This document shows positions 25,641 to 40,254 of a stretch of DNA of 64,000 nucleotides, piece after piece (position 1 is the first letter of the stretch; the number at the start of each line of letters is the position of its first letter). This DNA is from Octopus sinensis (Eukaryota): NCBI RefSeq assembly GCF_006345805.1, contig NC_043012.1, positions 43,772,001-43,836,000 on the forward strand, read 5' to 3'. Made by a program: the position numbers and the translations under genes. Under the pieces are notes generated by a model that saw only the letters and a list, made by a program, of their open reading frames with translations, had not been told where the DNA came from and did no database searches.

Positions 25641-26199
25641 AACAATATGAGAGACCACTGTGTGGACCCTTGTATGCTAAAAATAGACGTTAAACCGTCT
25701 TATAACGAAGTCTGTGTTCTCAAATTGGCAAGACGCTAGATGTTTACAAGCTAGACAAATGAAAAGAAATAACCATAGCACTTAATTCCATACCTTAAGG
25801 TTTCGACATGAACAATGCAATAATTGTCTGTGTTCTCTAGCCAGTTGATTCACTGCCGAATATCATTCATTGCAGTTATTTTCTGGTTGAGCGCGCTAGT
25901 ACGAGGGCGTTTGAATCGAAGTTAAAATACATGATATTGGAATGTATCCTCTCACGGAGACGGGTGGTGTCCAGTTCCATTGTTGTGTCAGCACCGATTT
26001 CAATTAGGAGACAGAAAAATTATTGAATGTCGAAGCCTTAAGGTAATGGAATTAAGCGCTATGTTTCTTTTTTTTTTCATTTATGAAGCTAGTAAACATC
26101 TAGCGTCTTGCTAATTTGAGAACACAGATTTCATGGAAAGACAGTATGACGTCTATTTTTAGCATACAAGAGATCCACATAGTGGTCTCTCATATTGTT
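25641..26199. mobile_element. MITE-like element with ~190-bp TIRs
   Basis: aacaatatgagagaccact... / ...agtggtctctcatattgtt, flanked by TA at 25639-25640 and 26200-26201; no ORF. Confidence 0.8.
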
Positions 26200-26298
26200 T
26201 ATATTAAAATAGAATTCACGGTCCTCAGACTTCTTTTAAGTATGCTGACCACTGGTTGAAATTGATGTTATTTAATAATATTGATTTCTATTCTTATT

Positions 26299-26389
<91 letters not shown>

Positions 26390-26469
26390 GACATACACAC
26401 ACAAGAAAATATTTTGAATGACACAACGATGCACTATAATACAAACAATGGACGATATCCATAGTCTGA

Positions 26470-27620
26470 TATGATATTTCGGAATAAAATTCCTTTTTCA
26501 GATACCCCTAGGAAATTGATGAAGTCGCTGCTTTTCTTTGTTTTCTCAGAAGCGTCTCAGCAGTGGTCTCACGAAGCTCCTTGCGGAATTTCTCATGAGA
26601 AGTGCGTGAGGTCGGCCATGTCTCAATCTCGTGTGTGTTGGCACATCTTTAGCGCTGCTTCTAAGTCATGTGTTATACGTTCAGCTTCCCTTTTTTTCCC
26701 TTCTTTCTTTTCCTCTTTTTTTTGTTATAAACAATACATGAGCATGTTATCAAAAATGAAGCTACACGCATCCAGATGTAGCTAAATAATATATTGATTA
26801 CCAACCTCCAGCCTGTTGTTAATTTGGGTCCTAGTCTGTGTATGAGTATAGCTTCCTTAATTTTTAAATTACCCAAATTTCTTTCATTGGTCTCAATTGT
26901 AACTGTTATGCGTTTGTCGGTGTTCCGGCATCTGTCTAGATGTTTTCTGAAGGAGGAGGCTCTAGTGTTCAGATGTTCTTTGATGCGGACGTGTAACGGT
27001 CTTATTGTGCAATCCACTTGTTGCATTTGTTACATTGTGCTCTATACACAACATTTACCCGTTGGCATAAATCTGTGTCACGGATCGGACAGTTTGTTAG
27101 TGTGCATTGATTGTTGTCCCTTGTTCGTTTCTTTGCTAGGTGTCTTCTCAGAGAGGGGCCAGAATGGGTAAGTTGTATGTCTAGCCCTTCTCATCTTATG
27201 GTTCTTCAGATGGCTGTGGTTATCCTCTCGCTAAAATGGGGTATTTTAAGGAAGCATGTGCTGCTGGGCTTTCTGTGTTCGGTGTGTTGGTCGTCTTGGG
27301 TACTTAAGCTGACTTACAATGGATCTAGGGTACCCGTTGGTTTTCAATGTATCTAGGAAGCGTGTAGTGCGAATCATCTTGTCCTCTGTTTTGCTGCCCT
27401 TGCCTTGGATGCGTGCAAGTTCATTTCTGGCGTATCCTCTTATGGTACCGAGCGGAAGTGCTGAATTGTACTGAACAAACATATCTCTACTGGCTGCTTT
27501 CCTGTAGAACTCAGTGTGGACCTCTCCTTCTTCCGTTATATTCAGTTAGAAGTCAAATTCTCTGAAATAATACGTCTGTAATACGTCAACCATTGAACAT
27601 ACATACCGAAGAACAACTGA
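26470..27620 (-). mobile_element. 5'-truncated Penelope-like element (RT C-terminus, thumb, GIY-YIG)
   Basis: ITEEGEVHTEFYRKAASRDMFVQYNSALP...LKTNGYP (27246..27482) and TIRPLHVRIKEHL...LKIKEAILIH (26673..27026). Confidence 0.85.
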
Positions 27621-27714
27621 AGGTATTGACCGATGCTACCACCTCTGCGTTGACCAAGACAAGAAGCGCTTCAAACTTAAATTCATAGGATCGCGTTACG
27701 ATTCCCAGACCAGG

Positions 27715-28027
27715 CGTTGTGAAAGTTTATTGAGCGAAAACACCTAAAAGCTCCACGTTGTCCGGCAGGGGTTGGTGGCAAACCCTGCTGTACTCTTTCA
27801 CAACAAATTTCTCAAATTTTCTCTCCCTGTTTCTGTTGTACCTGTATTTCAAGGGCCAGCCTTGTCACACTGAATTTCCTTGTCACACTGAATTTCCTTG
27901 AGAACTACGTTGAGGGTACACGTGTCTGTGGAGTGCTCCGGCGCTTGAACGTTAATTTCACGAGCAGGCTGTTTCGTTGATTGGATCAACTGGAACCCCC
28001 ATCGTGGTTACCGAAGGAGTGCCGTAG
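27715..28027 (+). repeat. Dispersed SINE-like / LINE 3' repeat
   Basis: Ends cacgagcaggctgtttcgttgattggatcaactggaaccc...; an inverted copy is at ~28970-29160 and a short duplicated end at 28641-28680. Confidence 0.5.
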
Positions 28028-28054
28028 TATATATAACATTATATATTATTTCTT

Positions 28055-28106
<52 letters not shown>

Positions 28107-28196
28107 AAGAAATAATATATAATGTTATATAATGTTATATATATACATATATATATATACATATATATATATATATTATATATATATATATATATA

Positions 28197-28338
28197 TCCG
28201 CCGAGGTCGACTTTGCCTTTCATCCTATCGGGGTCGATAAATAAAGTACCAGTTTCGCTCTGGGGTCGATGTAATCGACTTAATCCTTTATCTGTCCTTG
28301 TTGTCCCCTCTATGTTTAGCCCCTTGTGGGCAGTAAAG

Positions 28339-28340
<2 letters not shown>
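28197..28340 (+). mobile_element. SINE family B 3' half (tail variant 2)
   Basis: ccgccgaggtcgactttgcc...gtcccctctatgtttagccccttgtgggcagtaaaga, embedded in (TA)n. Confidence 0.85.
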
Positions 28341-28369
<29 letters not shown>

Positions 28370-28462
28370 ATATAATATATATATACATACATACATATAT
28401 ATATATATACATATATAGACATATGTAGATATAGATATATGCATATATATATATATATCAAC

Positions 28463-28505
<43 letters not shown>

Positions 28506-28560
28506 TCATATATATGTATATATGTATATATGTATATATGTATATATATATGTATATGTA

Positions 28561-28642
<82 letters not shown>

Positions 28643-28714
28643 ACTGGAACCCCCATCGTAGTTACCGACGGAGTGCCGTATTATATATATAACATTATAT
28701 ATTATTTCTTTATT

Positions 28715-28826
28715 AACACTGCCAGATCAGACTGGGCCTAGCGCAGCCTCCTGGCTTCCCAGACCCCAGTTGAACCGTCCAACCCATGCTAGCATGGAAA
28801 ACGGACGTTAAACGATGATGATGATG
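28715..28826 (+). mobile_element. Short LINE 3' end with (GAT)n tail, probably RTE-type
   Basis: ...ccaacccatgctagcatggaaaacggacgttaaacgatgatgatgatgat; family assignment from recall, not verified. Confidence 0.5.
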
Positions 28827-29223
28827 ATATATATATATATTTATGATTATATATGTCTACCAAATCCACTCACCAGGCTTTGGTCGGCCCGAGGCTATAG
28901 TAGAAGACATTTGCCCAGTAAGGCTGAACCCGGGGCCATGTGGTTGGTAAGCAAGCTACTTGCCATACAGCGACGGTTGCGACGGTTACGACAACGAGGG
29001 TTCCAGCTGATCCGATCAACGGAACAGCCTGCTCATGAAATTAACTTCCAGTGGGTTTTCCTGCACAGATGTTCAAAAGAACGGACGTATTTTTCTCTCT
29101 CTGTCTTCTTTAAAAAGCCACATAAGATGCCATGGTGGTTTTAAGGTGTAGGTACAGGAGGTGGTCAAACCCTGCATACAAATATGTATATACGTATATA
29201 TATATATATAATATATATATATA

Positions 29224-30200
<977 letters not shown>

Positions 30201-30322
30201 CAATATACATACATACATACATGCATACATACATACATACATACATACATACATACATACATACATACATACATACATACATGCATACATACATACATAC
30301 ATACATACATACATACATACAT

Positions 30323-30381
<59 letters not shown>

Positions 30382-30684
30382 TATATATATATATAATATA
30401 ATATAATATAATATATATACATGCATATATTGGTACAGGACTTCACCTATGGTGAAAATAACGAGATAAATACAAAATATAGACTGTAATTACAGGTCAA
30501 AACTGGTGAAATACGTAAACAACGAGAAAAAATGGAAAACAGGACAAGTTAACATAGAAAAGACATTAACTGTTTTCCATTTTCCCTCGTTGGTTTACGT
30601 GTTTCACTCGTTTTTGCCCTGTAATTACTGTCCACGTATTGTATACACATACACACACACACATATATATATATACATACATAC

Positions 30685-30716
<32 letters not shown>

Positions 30717-30724
30717 ATATACAC

Positions 30725-30759
<35 letters not shown>

Positions 30760-30918
30760 ATATATATATATATTATATATATATATAATATATATATATA
30801 TACGTACACACATATATATACATATATATAAAATGTCGCATTCAAAATGTGACCGCGTGTGTACCGCTGACGATTTTTTTCCTCTATCTTCCCTTCTCTG
30901 GATCTTTCCTTCTCCTAT

Positions 30919-30953
30919 GTTTCCGACGAAGAGCTCCGCTCGAAACGTTAAAC
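30919..30953 (+). ncRNA. 35-nt minimal hammerhead-like motif (U4C) in a ~210-bp pLTR-type repeat (~30835-31050)
   Basis: gttt CCGACGA a gagc tcc gctc GAAA cg TT aaac. Confidence 0.6.
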
Positions 30954-31074
30954 CCTCCTTCTTTCCTTCTTTGCTGAGCATCCAATAATACTATATTTGT
31001 TCCACGTCCTCGCGTTGCTTTTTGTGCTTTCTTGTTTGGATTAACTTTATACATATATATATATATACATATAT

Positions 31075-31145
<71 letters not shown>

Positions 31146-32585
31146 CATATATAAATACAACTTGGATTATGAATTAAAGTTCGTCTTCACTTACAATTTT
31201 CCGTTTCCTTGTATGTCTCCACTGTCATTTTTTTGTTCCCAACTTTGACCCTCCATAAGCCCTAAATTTTATGTTTTTAATTTATGGAGCAACTGTTTTT
31301 GAAGTCTCATACTGTCGTTGGATACTCGAAATGAGGAGTAGATAGACAGCCGACAACTGATGAAGGGTCGTTCTCTGTCTTTACTTACCTGTTTTCCATT
31401 TTTCTCTCGTTGTTTGTGTATTTAACTCGTTTGTTTTCGTACTTCATGTTGTTTACACAGTTGGTGACGTCCTATACCCATATATGCATATTTATAGTGA
31501 GCACAAGTGTGCACCTACGCCGCTATATGTATATATCAATATTAAAAAAATGGAACATTCGGACAACATAGACGATACAAAGGCGGACAGTAGAAACAAC
31601 AATTAGAAGGACAGGCAAAAATAGACGGGTCATTCGTGGCCCTCTTTCCTCAGTCTAGTATATCAAAAGTCCTTACTGTTTTGGGCAGTTACACTTGAGA
31701 CAGTTAATGTTTTATTGTCCTCTATTGGGTCTTTGCTCCATTTTTTATTTCTACATTTTTTATACATATATATACATATATCAACGGCGGTGCATCAGCA
31801 TGGCCGCAGCTCTGAGCTGAAACAAGAAAAACGAAAAAAAAAAAAAAATAGCGGCGTACGCACACACTTGTACTCACCTTATAGTAGGCATGTATCTAAA
31901 TTTTGTACAATTCTTACTCTATCTTTTAGCCACCCGCAGATTTTCTTCCTCTTGTCTTTTTCTCGCTTCCCCTTTCTTTTTCACATTTCTTGGTCCTCTT
32001 TTTCTTTAACTCCCACTTTTTCTTCCTCGTTTATCTCCCCTGTACCTTTCCCTCAGTCTCTGATTTTTTTTCTAATCCTTCAATTCCACTGACCTCTACC
32101 CCTCTCTCTTCCTTCCACGTGACCGGTGTCCGGCCAGCCTTGATCTTTATTTCTTGGCCTGACTGCCGACCGCCAATACCTCTTATGTCCATCTCCTATG
32201 TTCCTGCCTTTAGGCTTTCATTTCATACACGCCAGCTCAATTTTATGCATTCTAGGTCGAAGGACACCTGTTGTTATATTCTTGTTGTCTGTATTTGTAA
32301 TTGTGTACCATGTTCTCTGTTTTTTGTCTTTGTTGCTGTACACATTTCTTATATAAAAGTCTAAAGCTTTTAGCTTAGACTTTGGGGGGACCAGATCGAA
32401 CCGTCTCAAGTGTAACTGCCCGAAACAGTAAGGACATCTGGTATACTTGACGGAGAAAAAAGCCACGAATGAACCGTGTTTTTTGCCTGTCCTAATTGTG
32501 GTTTGGTTTCTCCTGTCCGCCTTTGTATCGTCTATCTGCCCGAATGTTTTATTGTCTTCTATTGCGTTTTATTCCATTTTATATT

Positions 32586-33953
<1,368 letters not shown>

Positions 33954-34467
33954 TATATATATCAGAGGCGACTCCAGGTCATCAGCGTCACTCGGGCTCA
34001 TTACAGATTTTTCATAAGACGCATACCTGCTCGAAGAATTTCACATTTTCCCCCTTCATTTCTAGTCCCAAATGGCTTATTTTTTTATACCCATAGCACT
34101 ATGTCTTCCTCCATTTCTAAGTTAAGGGTAAAAATAAAGCAACCCTACAAATCACAACTGACCTTTACACACTGATGCACAGAATAACAGCAATCAAATA
34201 ACGACAGCGGAGTACACATCAAACATCAGCGATCTGACTGTCGCCTGTACTCTTGACAAGAGATGCCAGTTAGTCTTTTACACCTACCAGGTTCTTTGGT
34301 ATTAGCCCGAGTTGCTGAATAAATTTTCGTTCCTTTCAGAATATTGTAGAACGAAACTGTTCATAGTTTGGAATTTAAATCGTAACCTCTATAGAAATGT
34401 GTTGTTTCAAGAAAACATTGAATTTGAGTTACTTTTAATTTTTACGATTATAGATAATAACTTGTGC

Positions 34468-34633
34468 TGTAACTTCTAAGTCCGAGTCAGGCGCGTGTGA
34501 ACGATGTGGAGGGAACGTCTGCTACGAACGATATTTTTGACTTAGGACACCTCTAAGACAACCGTCAGACGCTGAACGAAAGTAAATGAACAACGACCAG
34601 GCTCAATAAAAGGAGTCCGAGTTATTGGTTACA
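34468..34633 (+). mobile_element. Possible short solo LTR
   Basis: Starts TGTAAC, ends GTTACA, AATAAA at 34605-34610; no matching TSD. Confidence 0.4.
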
Positions 34634-34754
34634 ATTACCTACTTCAAGTCAGAAATTGATTCAACTTGCAAATACACGTTCACTTTACCAAATTTATATT
34701 CGGGCTAAAGCCCGAACAGCCACTGATATATATATATATATATATATATCGCCA

Positions 34755-34792
<38 letters not shown>

Positions 34793-34870
34793 ATTCAAAA
34801 TGTGACCGCGTGTGTACTGTTGGCGATTCTTTTCCTCCGTCTTCCTTCTCTGGATCTTTCCTTTTCCTAT

Positions 34871-34905
34871 GTTTCTGACGAAGAGCTCCGCTCGAAACGT
34901 AAAAC
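34871..34905 (+). ncRNA. 35-nt minimal hammerhead motif with canonical core, in a pLTR-type repeat (~34790-35005)
   Basis: gttt CTGACGA a gagc tcc gctc GAAA cg TA aaac. Confidence 0.7.
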
Positions 34906-35006
34906 CCTCCTTCTTCCCTTCCTTCCTGAGCGTCCAATAATACTATATTCGTTCCACGTCCTCGCGTTGTTGTGTTTTCTCTTGGTGTTTTCATGTTTGG
35001 ATTAAC

Positions 35007-35062
<56 letters not shown>

Positions 35063-35066
35063 GTGT

Positions 35067-35124
<58 letters not shown>

Positions 35125-35152
35125 GCATATGTATATATATAATATATATATA

Positions 35153-35223
<71 letters not shown>

Positions 35224-36869
35224 CACAGAAAGAGATGAGGAGAAGAGAGTGAGAGAGAGAGTGTGTGATTATAATTCGTGAATTTGAAAGACTCACAGAC
35301 AGAGTTTCGTATCTGTAAGTCAGCCGAGTGGAGAAAGACGTAGACAGAAGTAAATCTATGAACAAATTAGCTGACACATTCGCAGACATCGACTAATAGG
35401 CTGCCATACATAAACCTGTTAGTCTGTACACCCGCATATGCAAAGAAATCTTCAATGGAATGCAATGCTCGTAAGTTAGTGAATTTAATAAGGGGTAAGA
35501 GGAGGAAAAGTTGGATTGCCAGTAAAGTTTTGCTCACATTTTATTTCAAGAGAGGCAAATGTTACGAGTATCACATATTTGTCGACAACGTCCTCACTGG
35601 TCGATAGTTCGTATCTTTTAATCATTGCTGTACTTTATCTCGACCATAATATACATTTAGTTCTCAGCATTCCAGTTCACCAAGTTATAGATATGGGAAC
35701 TGTGTATAATTGAGAGTAATTAATTAGCTTCAAGTGGCAGGGTCAAATTTTCTCACGGTTAAAATCTGTGATACGTTTGAAATATCTTTCAATGACTTGG
35801 AAAATAGGATAATATATAGCTTATTTAATTAACTGCAGTAGTTAGAAAGTAAATAAAAATATCAAGTTTCGTCTTGAGCTAAAATCATAGCAACTCAGAT
35901 ATGCCACCCGGTTTCGATTCCCAGTTCGAGCATGATTTATATTTTAAGTTTGGCCTTGAGCATAAGAGAATTACTTTCTTACAGAGGCTTGTCTAAAACA
36001 AAACAAATATATTAAAAGACATATGAAATGCTGAGGTTAATGCCTTGCCCGGGGGAACTATCAGATTTCACTGTTTCTGTCTGTAGTATCGAAATCAGCC
36101 AGTCGAGAACGTATCCATTCACATATCTACAGGGTTCTCCAAAAAGTGAAAGTTATCACGAATTAAGGCTTTTCTATGTGTATTTGTGACGAGGGCAAAA
36201 AGTGATTTCGAAATAAGGAAACACATTCGCTACATAATTCAAATAATTTCTCTCTCTAGATACTGTGAGAATTAGATGTCGTATTACATGACTATGTTTA
36301 ATGAATATTTCATAAATATTAATCATATTTAATATAATTGTTAAGTATATAAACATATACTATCTAAAATTTGAAGGCGGGAAAGCGAGACTGGTAGGAT
36401 TTATGTCCTTCTGGATCATGAAGACCTCATGCAGAGTTTGCACGTACAGCACTCATATGACACACTGAGTGCAAAATTTAGTTTGTGTTGTTCATGCTGT
36501 TTTCGAATGCATTAGCAATGAAACTGAAATTAGTTACAGTAGGAAATTAAAACCGAGTTGCTGAGTTCTGTTAGTGTACAGTCGTATACTTGTATATATT
36601 GATATATTTATTTCGAGTCTGACGTAATTTTAGCAAAATCAGTAATTTAGGATATCCTGTTTATACACTAATCTCTTTTTAGTCTCAACGATGCATTTAG
36701 AATGTATGGTAATGTTTAATATACTGTATAGGTATGTGATATCTTCAAAAAATATTTTATAAAGTACCTCTTCGAAATCTTGAAGCAATATTTACAGTGG
36801 AGTAGTAGTTTTCAATGGACATCCATTTACAATCTCATTGATGTATTTTCTCTTACTAGATTCAATAAA

Positions 36870-37950
36870 GCATGTATTTACAATTATGACTTCTTACTTC
36901 GTTTGTCTTGATATTGGCCAGGCCCTCAAAGACCTGTTTAGAGAACTATTCAGGTGGGAGTTGAAAGGAGCAATCGTCAATAACCGATGGTGCTTATCCC
37001 TGAAAAAGGTTATGAGATTAGAGTCGATAAGGTTTTGTAAGGAAATAGTGATTAGAAATTCTAAACAAGTGATAGAGCTAGTTAAGAACTAAGAAAAAGC
37101 GTTTAGGAAAGGTATTGCGATTGACGTACTAGCTACGAACTTGGCCCACTTTCATTTTTCAACTGCAAAGCACGAAGGCTGCATTTTCTGAAGAAGGACG
37201 CATGCTCTACGACTTGGGGAAACGAAAATCTTTCGATGTATCCGGCTTTCAGAGATGCAACATAGCAACAAAGCCACAATTCTGTCATTGATTGATTAGG
37301 AGGGGTCACGTGCTATTTGATTTTAAGCAGATGTGAGCAGCTTCTCATTGACACTTCACTCTGTTGCTTGTGAATGTTGAGAAGGCAGAGAAGGAAGTAA
37401 ACTTCATCTACCACGAAATGAGGTATGGTAGTACTGCTGAGAAAGGATTCAAACCATGGAGAAAGTTTGAACAACTGCAGGCCTTTGCTAAAAGTAGAGT
37501 TGACGGTTTTGACCAAGGTGCCAGCTTAAAGGTTGACTCTTGTCGATACCTTCGTGAGATGCACATATACGTTGTCCAAAAGTTCTATCCACGACAATTT
37601 CCACTTCACGCGATACATCAAAGAAAAGTAAACGGAGAACTTGAATGGGTGGATCCTGATCAATTTAGATCAATCTAAAGCTTTCGATAATGTTGACTTT
37701 CAAAAATTGGTAGCTCCTCACGACGGCTGGTTTTGGTCCCCTTTTCAGAAGCTGAATCGCTGCAATGTAGCAGTGACATCTGATCAGGTGTCAGAGTAAG
37801 TGGTCATTTATCGGAAGTGTTCAATACTATACACTCGATCAATCAAGGTTATCTCCTCTCGTCCCATGTGTATACACTAGCACTGGAGCCACTACTGCAG
37901 AAGAGATAACTTTCGAGGAGCATCTCGCTTGAAATAGGATGTGGGAGAGC
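36870..37950 (+). pseudogene. Heavily decayed Tx1/L1-clade ORF2 fragment
   Basis: ALKDLFRELFRWELKGAIVNNRWCLSLKKVMRLESIRFCKE parallels 45707..45928; LDQ..F and SINQG remnants at 37660-37900. Confidence 0.75.
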
Positions 37951-39039
37951 TGTGTCAGCACATACCGAAGACTTGGGTAGTAATAACAACATCCGCACAA
38001 CTAGTAACAATGATGGGTCAAAGTAGCAGGATGAGAGTCACTTGTCATCCACAGATTTCTATGTACCATACAGATCACTCCTTTGAAGTAGTTCCTTCTG
38101 TTCATTTTGGAGATGTCATTCTTTAGAAGTTATTCTTTTTTCTAAATTTCATCTCCGGATATTTTATAGATTTTAAAGTTATAACTCAACGGTTGGTTTA
38201 ATTATTATCCTTATGAATGAGCAAGAGAAAGTATATGAAAATGTATATATAGGGTATAATTTGTTTTATTTATTGCATAAGTCTTTGAGGATATGTGTCG
38301 GTGAATTATTCACAAATACTCAAAATGATTGATAAAAGGAAAGAATATGACGAAACGTGACTGATCATATTACTATTGACTGGTTTACATAAATGACAAT
38401 GATATCATCACAAAATAAACTAAAATTATTATTATTGAAAACACAGCATTACAATGCATAAAAGTGCAACTGAACGAGAAATTCTATATGAGTAAAAAAG
38501 TATCACACTATAAATAAACTGAAACCCATAGTTAGTGTATAAAATGACAGTCGCAGCTGTTGAAAGTGAGGCGATGGCTTAATTGTAGACGAATCGAAGT
38601 TTGGTTCTACAACGCTATATTCTTCCCTATAAAATGCACACTTTTGTTCCTGGTACATGATGGTTATACGTTTTCTCGTAGAAGACGTATGTCTCAGGTA
38701 TATGTCAATTGTATGAGATATGTTACATACATTTTAGAACAAAATAATTAAACATATGACATAAGATTCGACAAATAAGACAGAGTTACGGTTTTGGAAA
38801 GGAGGTTTTCAGTAAAGAGATCTCTCATACGTCAACAATTAGCGACAGCGTCAATCAGCTAGCAGAGGAACCATTCGTTATACTCAATAATGTGGACCCG
38901 TATTTCCAGCTTGAGTCCAGAAAAGATTGGTGACAGTACAAAAGATTGGATAAAGCGAAGATGGGAGGGTTACATGAGGTCACGTAAAAAAGAAAATGAC
39001 AATAAAAACAGATAACAATAAAATTATAATAATCCTCTC

Positions 39040-39243
39040 TAATATAGGCACAAAGCCTGAAATATGGGGTGGGGGACTAGTCGATTACATCGACCACAGT
39101 GTTTCACTTTTACTTAATCTGTCGACCCTGAAAGGATGAAAGGCAAAGTCAACCTCGGCGGAATTTGAACTAAGAACGTAGAGACAGACGAAATGCTGTT
39201 AAGCAGCTTTCCCGGCATGCTAACGATTCTGCCAGTCTGCCTT
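39040..39243 (-). mobile_element. SINE family B (tail variant 1)
   Basis: ggatgaaaggcaaagtcaacctcggcggaatttgaact...ctaacgattctgccag. Confidence 0.85.
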
Positions 39244-39244
39244 C

Positions 39245-39391
<147 letters not shown>

Positions 39392-39392
<1 letters not shown>

Positions 39393-39899
39393 CTGATTGG
39401 ACGTGTTATCATGTACATTGTTTTGTCTTGGTATAAAAGATGGGCTACAGCAAATATTCTGCTCCATACCACAGATTTGCTTGTCAGTTGTTTGACCATA
39501 ACCAGTTGAGCATGTCCCTTAGTGGCTGACGATATGTGCATCTCTGATCACGAGCAGAAGTAGTAGGGGAGCATCATAGTCATATGTTGAGAGGGATTAT
39601 TTGGGGTTTAAATAATTCACCTCTGGAAACATGGGTGTTACATTTAACATCCTTAAATAACCCTTATTCAAGGACCTTTTGAGTGGGATGGGTTACTCGA
39701 CCAGAAGAAAATTCTAACTGGACCCCACCTGCAAGGTCATGTGCTGTTTATCTTCATATGAGATCACCATATTGCGCACATATGGTTGTGATGCATGTGC
39801 CTGGCGTACCCTTATCAGACGGGTAGTCATGATGGGTATACTGGGCTTCGTATATTTTACCCCAGTGTCACTTTGATGACATGCACTGCTCTCTCACTC

Positions 39900-39950
<51 letters not shown>

Positions 39951-40252
39951 GATGATGATGATGCTCCGATGCAGTACCAGACAGTGGCTCTCGTGGCTTC
40001 GGATCTTAACTGATTGGAAGTGTTATCACGTACATTGTTTTGTCTTGGTATAAAATATGGGCTACAGCAAATATTCTGCTCAATACCACAGATTTGCTTG
40101 TCAGTTGTTTGACCTTAACCAGTTGAGCATGTCCCTTGGTGGCTGACGATATGTGCATCTTTGATCACGTGCAGAAGTTGAGGGGGAGCATCATAGCCAT
40201 GTGTTGAGAGGCATTCTTTGGGGTTTGAATAATTCACCTCTGGAAACATGAG
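39392..40252 (+). repeat. Two head-to-tail copies of a dispersed retro-repeat with (AAT)n tail
   Basis: aactgattgga...cacctctggaaacatg at ~39391-39627 is repeated at ~40008-40249; the first copy ends in (AAT)n at ~39900-39950. Confidence 0.65.
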
Positions 40253-40254
40253 TA

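Noticed and set aside
31320-31375. GAAA ... CTGATGA resembling a type II hammerhead
   Set aside because: Stems I and III cannot be paired.
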